A stretch of DNA of 64,000 bases from Rhodocyclaceae bacterium (GCA_036824005.1 DAITBA010000001.1:611431-675430); one strand, 5' to 3'. Positions 9,788 through 20,398 are shown, counted from the first letter of the stretch. A program made the numbers and translations. The notes: generated by a model from the sequence alone, not told the origin.

Positions 9788-11620
9788 ATGGCCACGACAA
9801 CCGAAGACCCTGCAACACGATCGCTGCCCGATCCTCAGGAAATGGCCAAGACCTATGCCGAAGTGGCGCAACGGGCTTCGAAGCTCATTTCCGACCACGT
9901 CAAGCGCCAAGTCGCCCGCGGTGCGACGGTACCGGGCGACGAGTTGGGCATCGCCCAGGCTTTCATGGAAATGATGGCCAAGCTGCTGTCCAACCCGTAC
10001 ACGCTCGCGCAGTCGCAGATGAATCTGGTCTGGGACTATTTTTCCCTCTGGCAGCACTCCATGCTGCGCTTCATGGGCCTGCACGTGCAGCCCGTGGCGG
10101 CGCCGGCCAAGGGCGACAACCGCTTCAGGGACGAGCAATGGGAGGAGCATTTTCTTTTTGACTTCATCAAGCAGTCCTACCTCATCTCGGCGCGCCATAT
10201 CCATGACACGGTGAGCAAGGTCGAGGGCTTGCCCAACGGCACGCAGAAGAAGGTGAACTTCTTCACGCGCCAGTTTATCGACGCGCTCTCGCCATCGAAT
10301 TTCGCGCTGACCAATCCGGAGGTTTTCCGCGAAACGCTCAAGAGTCACGGTCAGAACCTGATCAAGGGGTTCAACAACCTGCTGCGCGACATGGAGGACG
10401 GCGAAGGCCAGTTGCGCATCCGCATGACCGACACCTCCGCCTTCGAGATGGGCAAGAACGTCGCCACGACGCCCGGCAAGGTGGTGTTCCAGAACGAGCT
10501 GATGCAGTTGCTGCAGTTCAGCCCGTCCACCAAAGAGGTGCTCAAGCGCCCCTTCCTGATCGTCCCGCCCTGGATCAATAAGTACTACATCCTCGACCTG
10601 CGCGAGAAGAACTCGTACATCAAATGGGCGGTCGACCAAGGTCATACCGTGTTCGTGATTTCGTGGGTGAACCCGGACGAGAAACTCGCCCAGCTGGGAT
10701 TCGACGACTATCTGAGCAGGGGCACGCTGGCCGCGGTAGAGGCCGTTTGCGAGCAGACCGGCGCGAAGGAAATGAACGCCGTGGGCTACTGCCTGGGCGG
10801 CACCTTGCTTGCCTGCACGCTCTCCTACATGGCCGCCAAGAAGGACAAACGCATCGCCTCGGGCACCTTCTTCACCACCATGCTCGACTTCTCGCAGCCC
10901 GGGGAACTGGGCGTGTTCCTCGACGACAAGGCGGTCGAGGGGCTGGAGAAGAAGATGTTCGAGCGCGGCTTTCTGGAAGGCGCGGAGATGGCCGGCACCT
11001 TCAACATGCTGCGCGCCAACGATCTCATCTGGTCGTTCGTGGTGAACAACTACCTGCTGGGCAAGGACCCGTTCCCCTTCGACCTGCTGTACTGGAACTC
11101 CGATTCCACACGCATGCCGGCCAAGATGCACAGCTACTATCTGCGCAACTTCTACATGAAGAACCTGCTGCGCGAGCCCGGCGGCATCGAATTGGCCGGC
11201 ACGCCGATCGACCTGCGCAAGATCAAGGTGCCGTGCTACTTCACCTCCACCATCGAGGACCATATCGCGCCGTGGAAGAGTACCTATCTCGGCGCCCAGC
11301 TCTTCGGCGGTCCGGTGCGCTTCGTTCTGGGCGGCTCCGGCCATATCGCCGGCATCGTCAATCCGCCGGTGGCGAACAAGTACGGATTCTGGATCAACGC
11401 TACCGACAAGCTGCCCGACTCTTCCGATGAGTGGTTCAGCGGCGCGGTGCACCAGCCCGGGTCGTGGTGGACGGACTGGCAGCGGTGGGTGGTCGGGCTC
11501 GATGACGAATGGGTACAAGCGCGCGATCCGGCCAAGGGCAAGCTCAAGGCCCTCGAAGACGCGCCGGGCTCCTACGTCAAATTCCGTCTCGACACGGCGA
11601 AGAAACAAAAGCTCGCCTGA
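9788..11620 (+). CDS. phaC: Class I poly(R)-hydroxyalkanoate synthase
   Basis: ORF 9755..11620 trimmed to MATTTEDPATRS. Shows the lipase-box variant GYCLGG, PPWINKYYILDL, and NSDSTRMPAKMHSYYLR. Length of about 610 aa is typical of class I PhaC. Confidence 0.93.
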   Translation: MATTTEDPATRSLPDPQEMAKTYAEVAQRASKLISDHVKRQVARGATVPGDELGIAQAFMEMMAKLLSNPYTLAQSQMNLVWDYFSLWQHSMLRFMGLHVQPVAAPAKGDNRFRDEQWEEHFLFDFIKQSYLISARHIHDTVSKVEGLPNGTQKKVNFFTRQFIDALSPSNFALTNPEVFRETLKSHGQNLIKGFNNLLRDMEDGEGQLRIRMTDTSAFEMGKNVATTPGKVVFQNELMQLLQFSPSTKEVLKRPFLIVPPWINKYYILDLREKNSYIKWAVDQGHTVFVISWVNPDEKLAQLGFDDYLSRGTLAAVEAVCEQTGAKEMNAVGYCLGGTLLACTLSYMAAKKDKRIASGTFFTTMLDFSQPGELGVFLDDKAVEGLEKKMFERGFLEGAEMAGTFNMLRANDLIWSFVVNNYLLGKDPFPFDLLYWNSDSTRMPAKMHSYYLRNFYMKNLLREPGGIELAGTPIDLRKIKVPCYFTSTIEDHIAPWKSTYLGAQLFGGPVRFVLGGSGHIAGIVNPPVANKYGFWINATDKLPDSSDEWFSGAVHQPGSWWTDWQRWVVGLDDEWVQARDPAKGKLKALEDAPGSYVKFRLDTAKKQKLA

Positions 11621-11640
11621 GGACGACGATGATCATACGA

Positions 11641-11666
11641 CGGGGGCTGCGGCCCCCGTTTCCGTT
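11641..11666 (+). terminator. Rho-independent terminator candidate after phaC
   Basis: CGGGGGC-tgcg-GCCCCCG forms a 7-bp GC stem, followed by tttccgtt. Confidence 0.55.
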
Positions 11667-11675
11667 GCCGCGCTG

Positions 11676-12164
11676 ATGCTCAATCGCCCCGCGGCAGGCG
11701 CGCCTTGGCGGCTGGTGCTCGACACCAATGTGCTGCTTTCCCTGTGGGCGTTCGGCGACCCGCATCTGCGCTGGCTCGACGAAGCCCTGTCGGCAGGCGC
11801 CGTCGCGCTGCTGACGAACCAGGCGTGCGGCGCCGAGTTCGCGCGTGTGCTCACCTACCCGGGATTGGGCTTCGGTGGCGAGCGCATCGCTGCCGTCCGC
11901 GCGCGCCATGACGCCATCGCCCGGCCGGTGACCGAACTGCCCGCGCAGCGCATTGCGCTGCCCACCTGCCGCGATCCCGACGACCAGAAATTTCTCGAAC
12001 TGGCGCGGGACGGCGGTGCCCACTTCCTCGTCACCAGCGACAAGGCGCTGCTCGCCCTGGCGCGACGCCGGCCGATGGTGGAGCACTTTGCCATCGTTCA
12101 CCCCGAGCGGCTTGCACATCGACTCGCACCGCGCGCCGATGTGCCGCGTCCGCGCGCTGGCTGA
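11676..12164 (+). CDS. PIN-domain protein (putative toxin-type nuclease), no adjacent antitoxin seen
   Basis: Internal Met of ORF 11427..12164: MLNRPAAGAPWRLVLDTNVLLSLWAF..CRDPDDQKFLELARDGGAHFLVTSDKALL. The acidic residues follow the PIN pattern. Confidence 0.7.
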   Translation: MLNRPAAGAPWRLVLDTNVLLSLWAFGDPHLRWLDEALSAGAVALLTNQACGAEFARVLTYPGLGFGGERIAAVRARHDAIARPVTELPAQRIALPTCRDPDDQKFLELARDGGAHFLVTSDKALLALARRRPMVEHFAIVHPERLAHRLAPRADVPRPRAG

Positions 12165-12169
12165 CGAGG

Positions 12170-12724
12170 CTATCCGAACGTCAGTTCCGCACGGGCAAGC
12201 GCTAGGGCGTCGATGGGCAGCAGCAGCGCCAGCGGTTGCTCGACCTGGCTCACGCGATCGAGCGCGCGCAGCAGTTGCCTGCGCCACTGGGCGCGCAACG
12301 TCGCGTCCGCGCTGGGCGCGATCCGGCCCCGACAGCCATCCGCCTGGCACCGGCAGGCGAAGCTTTCGGGCGCGGTAAGATGAAGCGTGCCGTAGTCGAT
12401 GGTGATCTGCTCGCCAGGCGAGATGTCGCGCACGGCGAGATCGAAGCCGTGGTCCGTCGCCAGGCAGTTGGCGGCGCAGGAATGGTTGATCAGCCGGGCG
12501 TTGTCCCAGGTCAGCACCCAGTTGCCGTCGCGGTCGTGGTAGGCGTACTTGTTCAGCAGATCGTCATAGTCGGCGGACAATCCACCCGCCCGTTGTGCTG
12601 TGATCACCTGATCAAACTCGTCCAGGACCCAGACCAGCGTGCCGCAGGCAATGGCGCGGCAGGCGAATACGCCGACGCCTATCTCGGCGTTGACCAAACG
12701 CAGCTCCGTGTACGGGTGAAGCAC
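12170..12724 (-). CDS. SET-domain protein (putative protein-lysine methyltransferase)
   Basis: 184-aa ORF: RLINHSCAANC (NHSC motif), GEQITIDYG, and a post-SET-like CRCQADGC (C-x-C-x4-C). Confidence 0.8.
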   Translation of the reverse strand: MLHPYTELRLVNAEIGVGVFACRAIACGTLVWVLDEFDQVITAQRAGGLSADYDDLLNKYAYHDRDGNWVLTWDNARLINHSCAANCLATDHGFDLAVRDISPGEQITIDYGTLHLTAPESFACRCQADGCRGRIAPSADATLRAQWRRQLLRALDRVSQVEQPLALLLPIDALALARAELTFG

Positions 12725-12745
12725 CGGTTCTCCCCCTGCTCCCTC

Positions 12746-13549
12746 TCACCGCCCACCGGCGGTGCGCAAGCGTTCCAGGTAATGCAGGCCGCCGATGGCG
12801 CGGCTGCCGTACCACGACATCATGGTGCCGTCGATCAACTGCACCGGCGTGCGCCCGAGCGGCAAGAGTGCGGCGATCTGCGCGACATGGCGGGAGCGGA
12901 AACGGTACGGCTCGCTCGGCATCAGTACGCGCTCGACCTCCCCGAGCCAGGCAGAGCCGGGCACCACCTCAGGATAGCGCCGCGCCGCCTCGACGGGAAG
13001 GGTGTCCCAGCCTGCCGCTGCGAGGGTGGCGGAAATGTAGGTGTCCCGCGACACCGTCATCCACGGGTCCTTCCAGATGAGGTAAAGCACCTTCTCGCGC
13101 CGATGACGCGTGGCTGCCGCTTCGACGCGGGCGAGTGCTTCGGCGCAGCGCCGGGCCAGCGCCTCGGCCTGCTCCGCGCGGTGGAACATCGCGCCGAAGA
13201 ACCGAAACAGATCGATATTGTCGGCCGGCCGCAATGGATGCGTGACAATGACATGAGGAATAAACTCCCGCATCGCCGCCACGGTCTCGCGCTGATTCTC
13301 GTCGACATTGACGATGGCATGAGTGGGCGCGAGCGCTCGCACCTTGTCCATGGCGACATTCTTCGTGCCGCCGACTTTGGGCACCTGCCGCAGTGCCTGG
13401 CGCGGATGCACGCAGAAGCCAGTGCGGCCGACCAGGTGCTCGCTCAGCCCGAGTGCGCACACCATCTCGGTCAGGCTGGGCACCAGGCTGACAATGCGCG
13501 GCGCGCCCGTGCACGGCTCGTGCGCTTGACCAACGGCATCGCGGAGCAT
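12746..13549 (-). CDS. TroA/BtuF-like (helical-backbone, periplasmic-binding-protein fold) protein without signal peptide
   Basis: 267-aa ORF: APRIVSLVPSLTEMVCALGLSEHLVGRTGFC..VGGTKNVAMDKVRALAPTHAIV. Resembles cobalamin/siderophore-binding PBP class 8, but the N-terminus is not hydrophobic. Confidence 0.72.
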   Translation of the reverse strand: MLRDAVGQAHEPCTGAPRIVSLVPSLTEMVCALGLSEHLVGRTGFCVHPRQALRQVPKVGGTKNVAMDKVRALAPTHAIVNVDENQRETVAAMREFIPHVIVTHPLRPADNIDLFRFFGAMFHRAEQAEALARRCAEALARVEAAATRHRREKVLYLIWKDPWMTVSRDTYISATLAAAGWDTLPVEAARRYPEVVPGSAWLGEVERVLMPSEPYRFRSRHVAQIAALLPLGRTPVQLIDGTMMSWYGSRAIGGLHYLERLRTAGGR

Positions 13550-13780
13550 CCTCGGGCCCTATAACGGATAAGTGCGAACACGTACTCAACCGGGCGCACC
13601 GCCGCAGGCGCCCACGAATGCCGCCCTTCGCCTTGCGCAACGGCGCTGCATCGGCGAAACTGACGGTGAGGCGGCCACCCCACGTCGTATATTGTAGGCT
13701 CAGCACCCGCCTGCGCCGACCTCCGCGATAATTCGTGCCAATGCCGCGTTTGCGGGTTTGGCCGTATATGAGTTTCCGAG

Positions 13781-14677
13781 ATGAGAAACACCGTCCTTGC
13801 CCTGGGCAGCTTCCTTGACGCGCTCCACGATGCGGTGCTGGTTGTGGACAAGGAGGCCCGGATCGTCTTCGCCAACACCGCAGTCAAGTCTCTTCTCGGC
13901 TACGACAGCACGGAACTGGTCGGTGCCCCGATCAAGGTTCTCGTGCCGGCACACGTGCGTCCCCGTCATGACGAGAACGTCGCCCGCTATCAGCGCGATG
14001 GCCAGCCGACCCTGCTCGGCGACCGCAGCATGGTGTTTGCCGTCAACAAGGCCGGCAAGGACATCCCGGTCACGATCTCTCTATGCAATGTCGATATCGG
14101 CGGGGAGCGGTGCTCGATGGCCGTGGTGCGCGATGCCGCCGCCATCCACCGCCACCTTGGCACGGCCGAAGCACAGGCGCAGACCGATGCGCTGACCGGT
14201 CTCGGCAACCGCCTGCTGCTGTCGCGCCGGCTGCAGGCCGCCCTGGCCGCCGGCGGCAATGGCTTCGCGTTGCTCTTCGTCGACCTGGAGAACTTCAAGA
14301 GCTTCAACGATACCTACGGCCACAAGGCCGGTGACGAGGTGCTGCGCGTGGCGGCGCTACGGATGAAATCGATGGTGCGCAAGAACGATACCGTGGCGCG
14401 AATCGGCGGTGATGAGTTCGTCATGCTGCTCGACGACGTCAAGGACGTGACCCTGCTCAAGCAGCGCGTGGAGAAGATCGCGCAGCGCATCAACGCCCGC
14501 TTCAAGATCGGCAGCATGACGGGCAGGGTCGGCGTGAACATCGGCTGCGCGATCTACCCCACCAACGGCAGGAGCGAGGAACAGCTCATGGCACAAGCCG
14601 ATGCTGCCATGTACCTGGCGAAACGACTGAAGCGAAGCTATTGCATCGCTGGCGTCGAGTCTCCACTCACGACCTGA
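13781..14677 (+). CDS. PAS-GGDEF diguanylate cyclase
   Basis: 298-aa ORF with an N-terminal PAS-like region (AVLVVDKEARIVFANTAVKSLLGY) and a GGDEF domain (DALTGLGNR, RIGGDEF). Confidence 0.9.
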   Translation: MRNTVLALGSFLDALHDAVLVVDKEARIVFANTAVKSLLGYDSTELVGAPIKVLVPAHVRPRHDENVARYQRDGQPTLLGDRSMVFAVNKAGKDIPVTISLCNVDIGGERCSMAVVRDAAAIHRHLGTAEAQAQTDALTGLGNRLLLSRRLQAALAAGGNGFALLFVDLENFKSFNDTYGHKAGDEVLRVAALRMKSMVRKNDTVARIGGDEFVMLLDDVKDVTLLKQRVEKIAQRINARFKIGSMTGRVGVNIGCAIYPTNGRSEEQLMAQADAAMYLAKRLKRSYCIAGVESPLTT

Positions 14678-14778
14678 GCCGCGCCGGCGCCATTGACGCA
14701 AGGTTGCCGAATTGCGGTGCGTGTGCGTACATCTTTCCGGGCTTCTGATGACAGCGTCCTGACCTTTGACGCGCCGGA

Positions 14779-15552
14779 CTACAACGGCAAACCGCGCGGC
14801 TTGCGCCCGGCTTTGGCGGCGAGCCGGTCATAGACGGCATCGGGCAGCAGGCGCATCAGGCGCGCCACGACGGCCATCTGCCAGGGCACGACGGCATAGC
14901 GCGTGCCGCGGTCGATATGCCGGGCGATGCGCCGCGCTGCCTCGTCGGCGCTTAGCAGGAAGGGCATGGCATAGCGATTGACTGCCGTCATCGGCGTTGC
15001 GATGTAGCCCGGGCAGATGGTTACCACGCGCACGCCGCTGCCGCGCAGTTCCACCCGCAGGCTTTCCAGGTAGGTGATCGCCGCCGCCTTCGAGGCGCTG
15101 TATGCGCCGGCGCCGGGAATGCCGCGTACGCCGGCGACGCTGGCGATGCCGGCAAGTGTGCCGCACCGTGCCGCGCGCATCGGCGCGACGAACGGCTGAA
15201 AGGTGGCCACCATGCCGAGCACGTTCGTGCGCATTATCGCAGCGAAGGCGGCAATGTCTTCAACATGTTCCGTGAGCGTGCCGACGCTGATGCCGGCGTT
15301 GGCGATGACGATGCGCGGCAACCCGGCGCGGGCGATGAAATCCTCGGCCGAGGTCAAAAGCGCGCCGGCGTCGCCGACGTCGGCGACATAGCTCAGGTGA
15401 CCACCGGGGACTTCGGCGAGGGAGCGCATGACTGCCTGCAGGGCATCGCCACGGCGTGCCACGAGCCCGACGCGCTCGCCGCCGGCTGCGTAGTGTCCGG
15501 CCAGCGCGGCACCCAGCCCGCTCGATGCTCCGGTGATGAAGACGCCGGCCAA
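14779..15552 (-). CDS. SDR-family oxidoreductase
   Basis: MAGVFITGASSGLGAAL (TGxxxGxG) and YSASKAA (YxxxK). Confidence 0.88.
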   Translation of the reverse strand: MAGVFITGASSGLGAALAGHYAAGGERVGLVARRGDALQAVMRSLAEVPGGHLSYVADVGDAGALLTSAEDFIARAGLPRIVIANAGISVGTLTEHVEDIAAFAAIMRTNVLGMVATFQPFVAPMRAARCGTLAGIASVAGVRGIPGAGAYSASKAAAITYLESLRVELRGSGVRVVTICPGYIATPMTAVNRYAMPFLLSADEAARRIARHIDRGTRYAVVPWQMAVVARLMRLLPDAVYDRLAAKAGRKPRGLPL

Positions 15553-15565
15553 CGGGTCGTGGCGG

Positions 15566-16219
15566 CTATTTCTTGCTGGTCGCGATCTCGCGCCTGACCT
15601 GCTCGACCAGTTCTTCGACGACCCGCAGCGTGCCTTCGCTGCTGCCGGCCATGGACTGTGACGTCATGAAGCGGCCAGCCACGGCAATGGCCGGTACGCC
15701 GCTGACCTTGTAGCCTTGGGCGATCTGCTGGGCGCGATTGACCTTGCTCTGGACGGAGAACGAGTTGTAGGCATCGACAAACTTCTTGCGGTCCACGCCC
15801 TTCTTCGCCACCCAGTCGGCCTGGATATTCGGGTCGGAGAGGTTGATGTTGTCCAGGTGCATGGCATCGAAGGCGGCGGCGTGCAGGCGCTCCACTTCGC
15901 CGATCGCCTCGAGCGCGAAATACAGCTTCGCCAGCGGCCCCCAGGTGTCGCGAAAGATGACCGGGACGCGCTTGAATTCCACGTCCTTGGGCAGCTTTTT
16001 GATCCACGGCTCGAGCGTCGGCTCGAAAGCATGGCAGTGGGGACAGGCATAGGAAAAGAACTCGATGACTTCGACCTTGCCCTTGGTGTCGGTCTGCTGC
16101 GCCGGACTGACCGGCACGTAGTCGCGGCCGGCAACAACCGCGGCATGGGCAGACGCGGCAAAAATGCCGACGAACAGTGCGAGCCCGATGCGGGCGAAAA
16201 GCTTGCTGATGGGGTACAA
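15566..16219 (-). CDS. dsbA: Thiol:disulfide interchange protein DsbA
   Basis: ORF 15566..16321 trimmed to a TTG start preceded by ggaaggaga. Signal peptide (M)YPISKLFARIGLALFVGIFAASAHA, then FFSYACPHCHAF (CPHC active site). Confidence 0.85.
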   Translation of the reverse strand: MYPISKLFARIGLALFVGIFAASAHAAVVAGRDYVPVSPAQQTDTKGKVEVIEFFSYACPHCHAFEPTLEPWIKKLPKDVEFKRVPVIFRDTWGPLAKLYFALEAIGEVERLHAAAFDAMHLDNINLSDPNIQADWVAKKGVDRKKFVDAYNSFSVQSKVNRAQQIAQGYKVSGVPAIAVAGRFMTSQSMAGSSEGTLRVVEELVEQVRREIATSKK

Positions 16220-16244
16220 CGTCGTCTCCTTCCTCGGGGTCGGC

Positions 16245-16853
16245 TCAGCGCGTAGCGGCGTCCTTGGTGCCTTTGACAACCGTGGCCTGGACACCGTTCT
16301 GCGCCAGTTGCGTGCGGGCACTGTTCATGTCGTCTACCCGGGTGTACGGCCCGATGCGCACCCGGTGCACGGTGCCCTTGTCGGGAATGCTCACCGGCAG
16401 CACCTGGGCTTCCAGACCCAATAACGCCAGTTTCGCTTTCAGGTTGTCAGCGTCCGAGGGGTTGGTGAACGCGCCCACCTGAAGGAAGAGCTGTTCGGGT
16501 GCAGGCGGCGCCGGCTTCTGCTCCGGCTTGGCTCCCGGTGCCGCTTCCTCGGCGCCCGGCAGGATCTTGTAGAACTCGAAGCGGGGCTTGTCTCCGACCT
16601 TGTCGCCCGGCTTGCCCGGCAGGGCCAGCGGCTGCTGGGGCAGACTCCGGTTCGGATCGGCGGCGGCGCCTTTGGCTTCGCCGCCCTTCTCCTGTGCCGG
16701 CTTCTCCTTGTTCAGGAAAGGCAGGGGCGTCTTGGTGATGTACCACGCCACGCCGAAGGCAACCACGACACCCAGGACCAGACCGAGGAAGACGCCCACC
16801 AGCGTGCCGCCAAGACTTGCGCGCCGGGACCGGGAAGTATGATCGCGTGCCAT
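16245..16853 (-). CDS. SPOR-domain protein (FtsN-like cell-division/peptidoglycan-binding)
   Basis: N-terminal TM segment, a Pro/Lys-rich linker, and a C-terminal SPOR pattern LFLQVGAFTNPSDADNLKAKLALLGLEAQV..HRVRIGPY. Confidence 0.8.
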   Translation of the reverse strand: MARDHTSRSRRASLGGTLVGVFLGLVLGVVVAFGVAWYITKTPLPFLNKEKPAQEKGGEAKGAAADPNRSLPQQPLALPGKPGDKVGDKPRFEFYKILPGAEEAAPGAKPEQKPAPPAPEQLFLQVGAFTNPSDADNLKAKLALLGLEAQVLPVSIPDKGTVHRVRIGPYTRVDDMNSARTQLAQNGVQATVVKGTKDAATR

Positions 16854-16860
16854 GATCCGC

Positions 16861-18636
16861 CTACATGGTCTCCGGCGCGCTGACGCCCAGCAGCCGCAGG
16901 CCGTTGTGCAACACCTGCCGCACGGCGGCCACCAGCGCCAGCCGTGCGCGGCGCTGTGTCTGATCGTCTACCAGGATGCGCTCGGCATTGTAGTAACTGT
17001 GGAAATCCGCCGCGACATCCTTCAGATAGAAGGCGATCTGGTGCGGCGCGTAGTCCGCCGCGGCGCTCTCGATCACCTCCGGAAACTCACCCAGGCGCGC
17101 GCACAGGGCCAGTTCCCGTTCGCCTGTCAGCGGCGTCAGATCAGCCGCCGCCAGCTCGCCCTGCGCGCCGTCGAAGCGGACCTGCCATTGCCTGAGCACG
17201 CTGCACACGCGGGCGTGGGCGTACTGCAGGTAGTAAACCGGATTGTCCTGGCTCTGGGACTTGGCCAGATCGAGGTCGAAATCGAGATGCTGGTCGGACT
17301 TGCGCAGCACGTAGAAGAAGCGCGCGGCGTCGTTGCCCACCTCGCGGCGCAACTCGCGCAGGGTGACGAACTCGCCGGCACGGGTCGACATGGATGTTTT
17401 CTGCCCGTCGCGGTAAAGCACGGCGAATTGCACGAGGGCCACGTCGAGCTTGTCGGCATTCAGCCCCAAGGCCTGGATCGCACCCTTGACGCGTGGGATG
17501 TAGCCGTGATGGTCGGCGCCCCAGATGTCGACGATGCGCTCGAAGCCGCGCTCGTACTTGTTCAGATGATAAGCGATGTCTGAGGCGAAATAGGTATACA
17601 GGCCGTTGTCGCGCTGGACGACGCGGTCCTTCTCGTCGCCGAAGGCGGTGGAGCGGAACCACCTGGCGCCGTCCTGAGTATAGACGTAACCGCGCTTTTC
17701 CAGGGTGGTCACGGCGCGCTGCACCAGACCGGTGTCGAACAGCGAGGCTTCGGAGAACCAAAGATCGAAATGCACGCCGAATTCCGCCAGGTCGTCGCGG
17801 CAGTCGGCGAGCTGCTCGGTCAGCGCGTGGCGATGGATGTAGGCATAGTCCTCGCCGAGCAGGTCCTTGGCATTGGCGATGAGCGCGTCCAGGTGCGCCT
17901 CGCGCGCCTCCTGGGCGTCGGCGTCTTTGCGCTCCGGCGTTGGCAGCGGCGGCACGCCGGCGAGCACCGCGCGCGCCTCGTGCACGTAGCGCGGCCCGTG
18001 CGCGTCACCGATCTGCCGCGCCATGTCGCCCACATAGCCGCCCTGGTAGCCGTTGGGCGGGAAGGGCACGCTCTCGCCGTACAGCTCCAGGTAACGAAGC
18101 CAGGTGGACAGGGCGAGGATGTCCATCTGCCGGCCGGCATCGTTGATGTAGAACTCCCGCGTCACGGCGTAGCCGGCGAAATCGAGGATGTTGGCGAGGC
18201 TGGCACCGAAGGCGGCGCCGCGCCCGTGGCCCACGTGCAAGGGCCCGGTGGGATTGGCGGAAACGAATTCCACCTGAACCTTCTTCTTGCGGCCGACATC
18301 GCTGCGGCCGTACGTCTCCCCGGCGGCGAGCACGGCGCGCACCGTCCGCTGCTTGGCTGCGGGCGTAAGGAACAGGTTGATGAATCCGGCCCCGGCCACT
18401 TCGGCGCGCGCGATGACATCGGCGTGGGGCAGCTTGCGCACAAGCTGGGCGGCGATGTCCCGCGGATTTGCCTTGAGCGGCTTGGCGAGCTGCAACGCCA
18501 GATTGGTCGCGAGGTCGCCGTGATCCGCCTGCTTTGGCCGTTCGAGGGCGATCGCAACCTGTCGCTGATCCGGTGCCACGCTGGCGAGCGCGTCGCGCAG
18601 CAGGGCGATCACCTGGGGCTTGAGATGCACGGACAT
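16861..18636 (-). CDS. argS: Arginine--tRNA ligase
   Basis: Internal Met of ORF 16861..19392: [17 protein letters not shown]... (591 aa). Contains [15 protein letters not shown] (HIGH) and SMSTRAGEF (KMSKS-like). The extra N-terminal part of the track ORF overlaps ubiB and is spurious. Confidence 0.95.
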   Translation of the reverse strand: MSVHLKPQVIALLRDALASVAPDQRQVAIALERPKQADHGDLATNLALQLAKPLKANPRDIAAQLVRKLPHADVIARAEVAGAGFINLFLTPAAKQRTVRAVLAAGETYGRSDVGRKKKVQVEFVSANPTGPLHVGHGRGAAFGASLANILDFAGYAVTREFYINDAGRQMDILALSTWLRYLELYGESVPFPPNGYQGGYVGDMARQIGDAHGPRYVHEARAVLAGVPPLPTPERKDADAQEAREAHLDALIANAKDLLGEDYAYIHRHALTEQLADCRDDLAEFGVHFDLWFSEASLFDTGLVQRAVTTLEKRGYVYTQDGARWFRSTAFGDEKDRVVQRDNGLYTYFASDIAYHLNKYERGFERIVDIWGADHHGYIPRVKGAIQALGLNADKLDVALVQFAVLYRDGQKTSMSTRAGEFVTLRELRREVGNDAARFFYVLRKSDQHLDFDLDLAKSQSQDNPVYYLQYAHARVCSVLRQWQVRFDGAQGELAAADLTPLTGERELALCARLGEFPEVIESAAADYAPHQIAFYLKDVAADFHSYYNAERILVDDQTQRRARLALVAAVRQVLHNGLRLLGVSAPETM

Positions 18637-18754
18637 GGTATCCCGATGGCGAAAGCCGGGATTATACCGAATGGCACCGCAGCCCGGACCCGCGAAGGCC
18701 AACGCCCAGGCCGAATCTGGTACATTCGGCGCTCTTTCTCCGGAATTTCGCCGT

Positions 18755-20281
18755 GTGCTGCGCCTACTGCGCCTGCTGAAAATCGTCACCGTCAGCATCC
18801 GCTTCGGGCTCGATGAAATGATCCTCGAGCACGGAGCGAGCAGCTTTTTCGTGCGCCTCGATCGGCTGCTGCTGTTCTGGCGCCGGCTTGCCGAGCCGCG
18901 GGCGGTGCGCCTGCGCAAGGCCCTGGAGGCACTCGGGCCCATCTTCGTCAAGTTTGGCCAGGTGCTGTCCACCCGCCGCGACCTGCTGCCCACGGATCTC
19001 GCCGACGAACTGGCGAAGCTGCAGGACCGCGTGCCGCCTTTTCCGTCCGAGCAGGCGATAGCCGAGATCGAGCGCGTCTTCGGCAAGCCGGTTGGCGAGG
19101 TGTTCAAGTCCTTCGATGCCACGCCGGTGGCGAGCGCCTCGGTGGCCCAGGTGCACTTCGCCGTGCTGCCGGACGGCAAGGAAGTCGCCGTCAAGGTCTT
19201 GCGGCCGAACGTGCACAAGGTCATCGGCCGCGACTTGGCATTGCTGGAAACCTTTGCTGGGCTGGTGGAAAAGGTCTGGTCCGAGGGCCGGCGCCTGAAG
19301 CCGCGGGAAGTGGTGGCGGAGTTCGAGAAACACCTGTTCGAAGAACTGGACCTGATGCGCGAAGCGGCCAACTGCTCGCAGCTGCGCCGCAATTTCCTCT
19401 ACTCGCCCCTGCTTGCCGTGCCGGAGGTGTTCTGGGATTTCTGCAGCACCCAGGTCATGGTCATGGAGCGCATGAAGGGCACGCCGATCAGCCAGGTGGA
19501 CAGCCTCGTTGCCCAAGGCATCGACCTCAAGGTGCTGTCACGGGCCGGGGTGGAGATCTTCTTCACCCAGGTCTTTCGCGACGGCTTTTTCCACGCCGAC
19601 ATGCACCCGGGCAACATATTCGTCTCGCCCACAGGCCAGTACATCGCCCTCGACTTTGGCATCATGGGCACGCTCACCGACGCCGACAAGAACTATTTGG
19701 CGCAGAACTTCCTCGCCTTTTTCAACCGCGATTACAAGCGCGTCGCCCAAGCCCATATCGATGCCGGATGGGTGCCGAAGGCGACGCGGGTGGATGAATT
19801 CGAAGGCGCCATCCGCGCCGTGTGCGAGCCCATCTTCGACAAGCCACTGAAGGAGATCTCTTTCGGCAAAACGCTGCTGCGGCTGTTCCAGACCGCGCGC
19901 CGCTTCGAGATGGAAGTGCAGCCGCAATTGGTGATGCTGCAGAAGACGTTGCTCAACATCGAGGGACTGGGCCGGCAGCTCGATCCCGACCTCGACCTGT
20001 GGACGACTGCGAAGCCCTTCCTGGAGCGGTGGATGAACGAACAGGTCGGCTGGCGCGGTTTCCTGCGCAACCTGGAACTGGAGGCGCCCACTTGGGCGAG
20101 CAGCCTGCCTGAAATTCCGCGGCTCGTGCATCGCGCCATCCACGAGCGCATGTCCCAGCCCATCGCGGGCGACGTGTCGCAGCTCGTCGCCGAGCAGCGC
20201 CGCCAGAGCCGGCTGCTGATGTTGGCCGCCGCGTTGTTGGCGACGATCCTTGTCGTCGAAGTCGTCCGGCTGCTCTACTGA
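18755..20281 (+). CDS. ubiB: Ubiquinone biosynthesis regulatory protein kinase UbiB
   Basis: ORF 18620..20281. Family N-termini start near (V/M)[20 protein letters not shown], so I favour GTG 18755 (alternative ATG 18671). Shows ABC1/UbiB kinase motifs and two C-terminal TM segments. Confidence 0.87.
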   Translation: MLRLLRLLKIVTVSIRFGLDEMILEHGASSFFVRLDRLLLFWRRLAEPRAVRLRKALEALGPIFVKFGQVLSTRRDLLPTDLADELAKLQDRVPPFPSEQAIAEIERVFGKPVGEVFKSFDATPVASASVAQVHFAVLPDGKEVAVKVLRPNVHKVIGRDLALLETFAGLVEKVWSEGRRLKPREVVAEFEKHLFEELDLMREAANCSQLRRNFLYSPLLAVPEVFWDFCSTQVMVMERMKGTPISQVDSLVAQGIDLKVLSRAGVEIFFTQVFRDGFFHADMHPGNIFVSPTGQYIALDFGIMGTLTDADKNYLAQNFLAFFNRDYKRVAQAHIDAGWVPKATRVDEFEGAIRAVCEPIFDKPLKEISFGKTLLRLFQTARRFEMEVQPQLVMLQKTLLNIEGLGRQLDPDLDLWTTAKPFLERWMNEQVGWRGFLRNLELEAPTWASSLPEIPRLVHRAIHERMSQPIAGDVSQLVAEQRRQSRLLMLAAALLATILVVEVVRLLY

Positions 20282-20335
20282 CCGCAGCCGGGCACGGCCC
20301 TGGGCGGGGCGCCTGCGCCTGGGTGGGCGGCGACG

Positions 20336-20344
20336 TGTTAGGAT
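20336..20344 (+). promoter_or_regulatory. Extended -10 candidate (TGtTAGGAT) upstream of the ACT-domain gene
   Basis: TGnTAnnAT pattern about 55 nt upstream of ATG 20399. Confidence 0.3.
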
Positions 20345-20398
20345 GGCCCCCTGCCTCCAAACCTTTCTGTCCCCGCCGCAACGCCGAGCCGGAATGTC

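Noticed and set aside
9758-11608. 616-aa minus-strand ORF
   Set aside because: It lies exactly antisense to phaC, whose product has the lipase box and full-length family similarity. Long antisense ORFs are expected at this GC content.
11427-11675. Upstream part of the 245-aa ORF that overlaps the phaC 3' end
   Set aside because: It overlaps phaC in another frame and crosses the phaC terminator hairpin. PIN-domain similarity starts only after Met 11676.
13550-13780. Possible cobalamin riboswitch upstream of the BtuF-like gene
   Set aside because: I read the minus-strand leader and found no B12-box-like core or the conserved GCCACTG/GGGAAGGC-type elements. It has only a GC hairpin (gggcgc..gcgccc). 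The binding protein also lacks a signal peptide, so a B12-uptake role is itself doubtful. A covariance-model scan (Rfam RF00174) would settle it.
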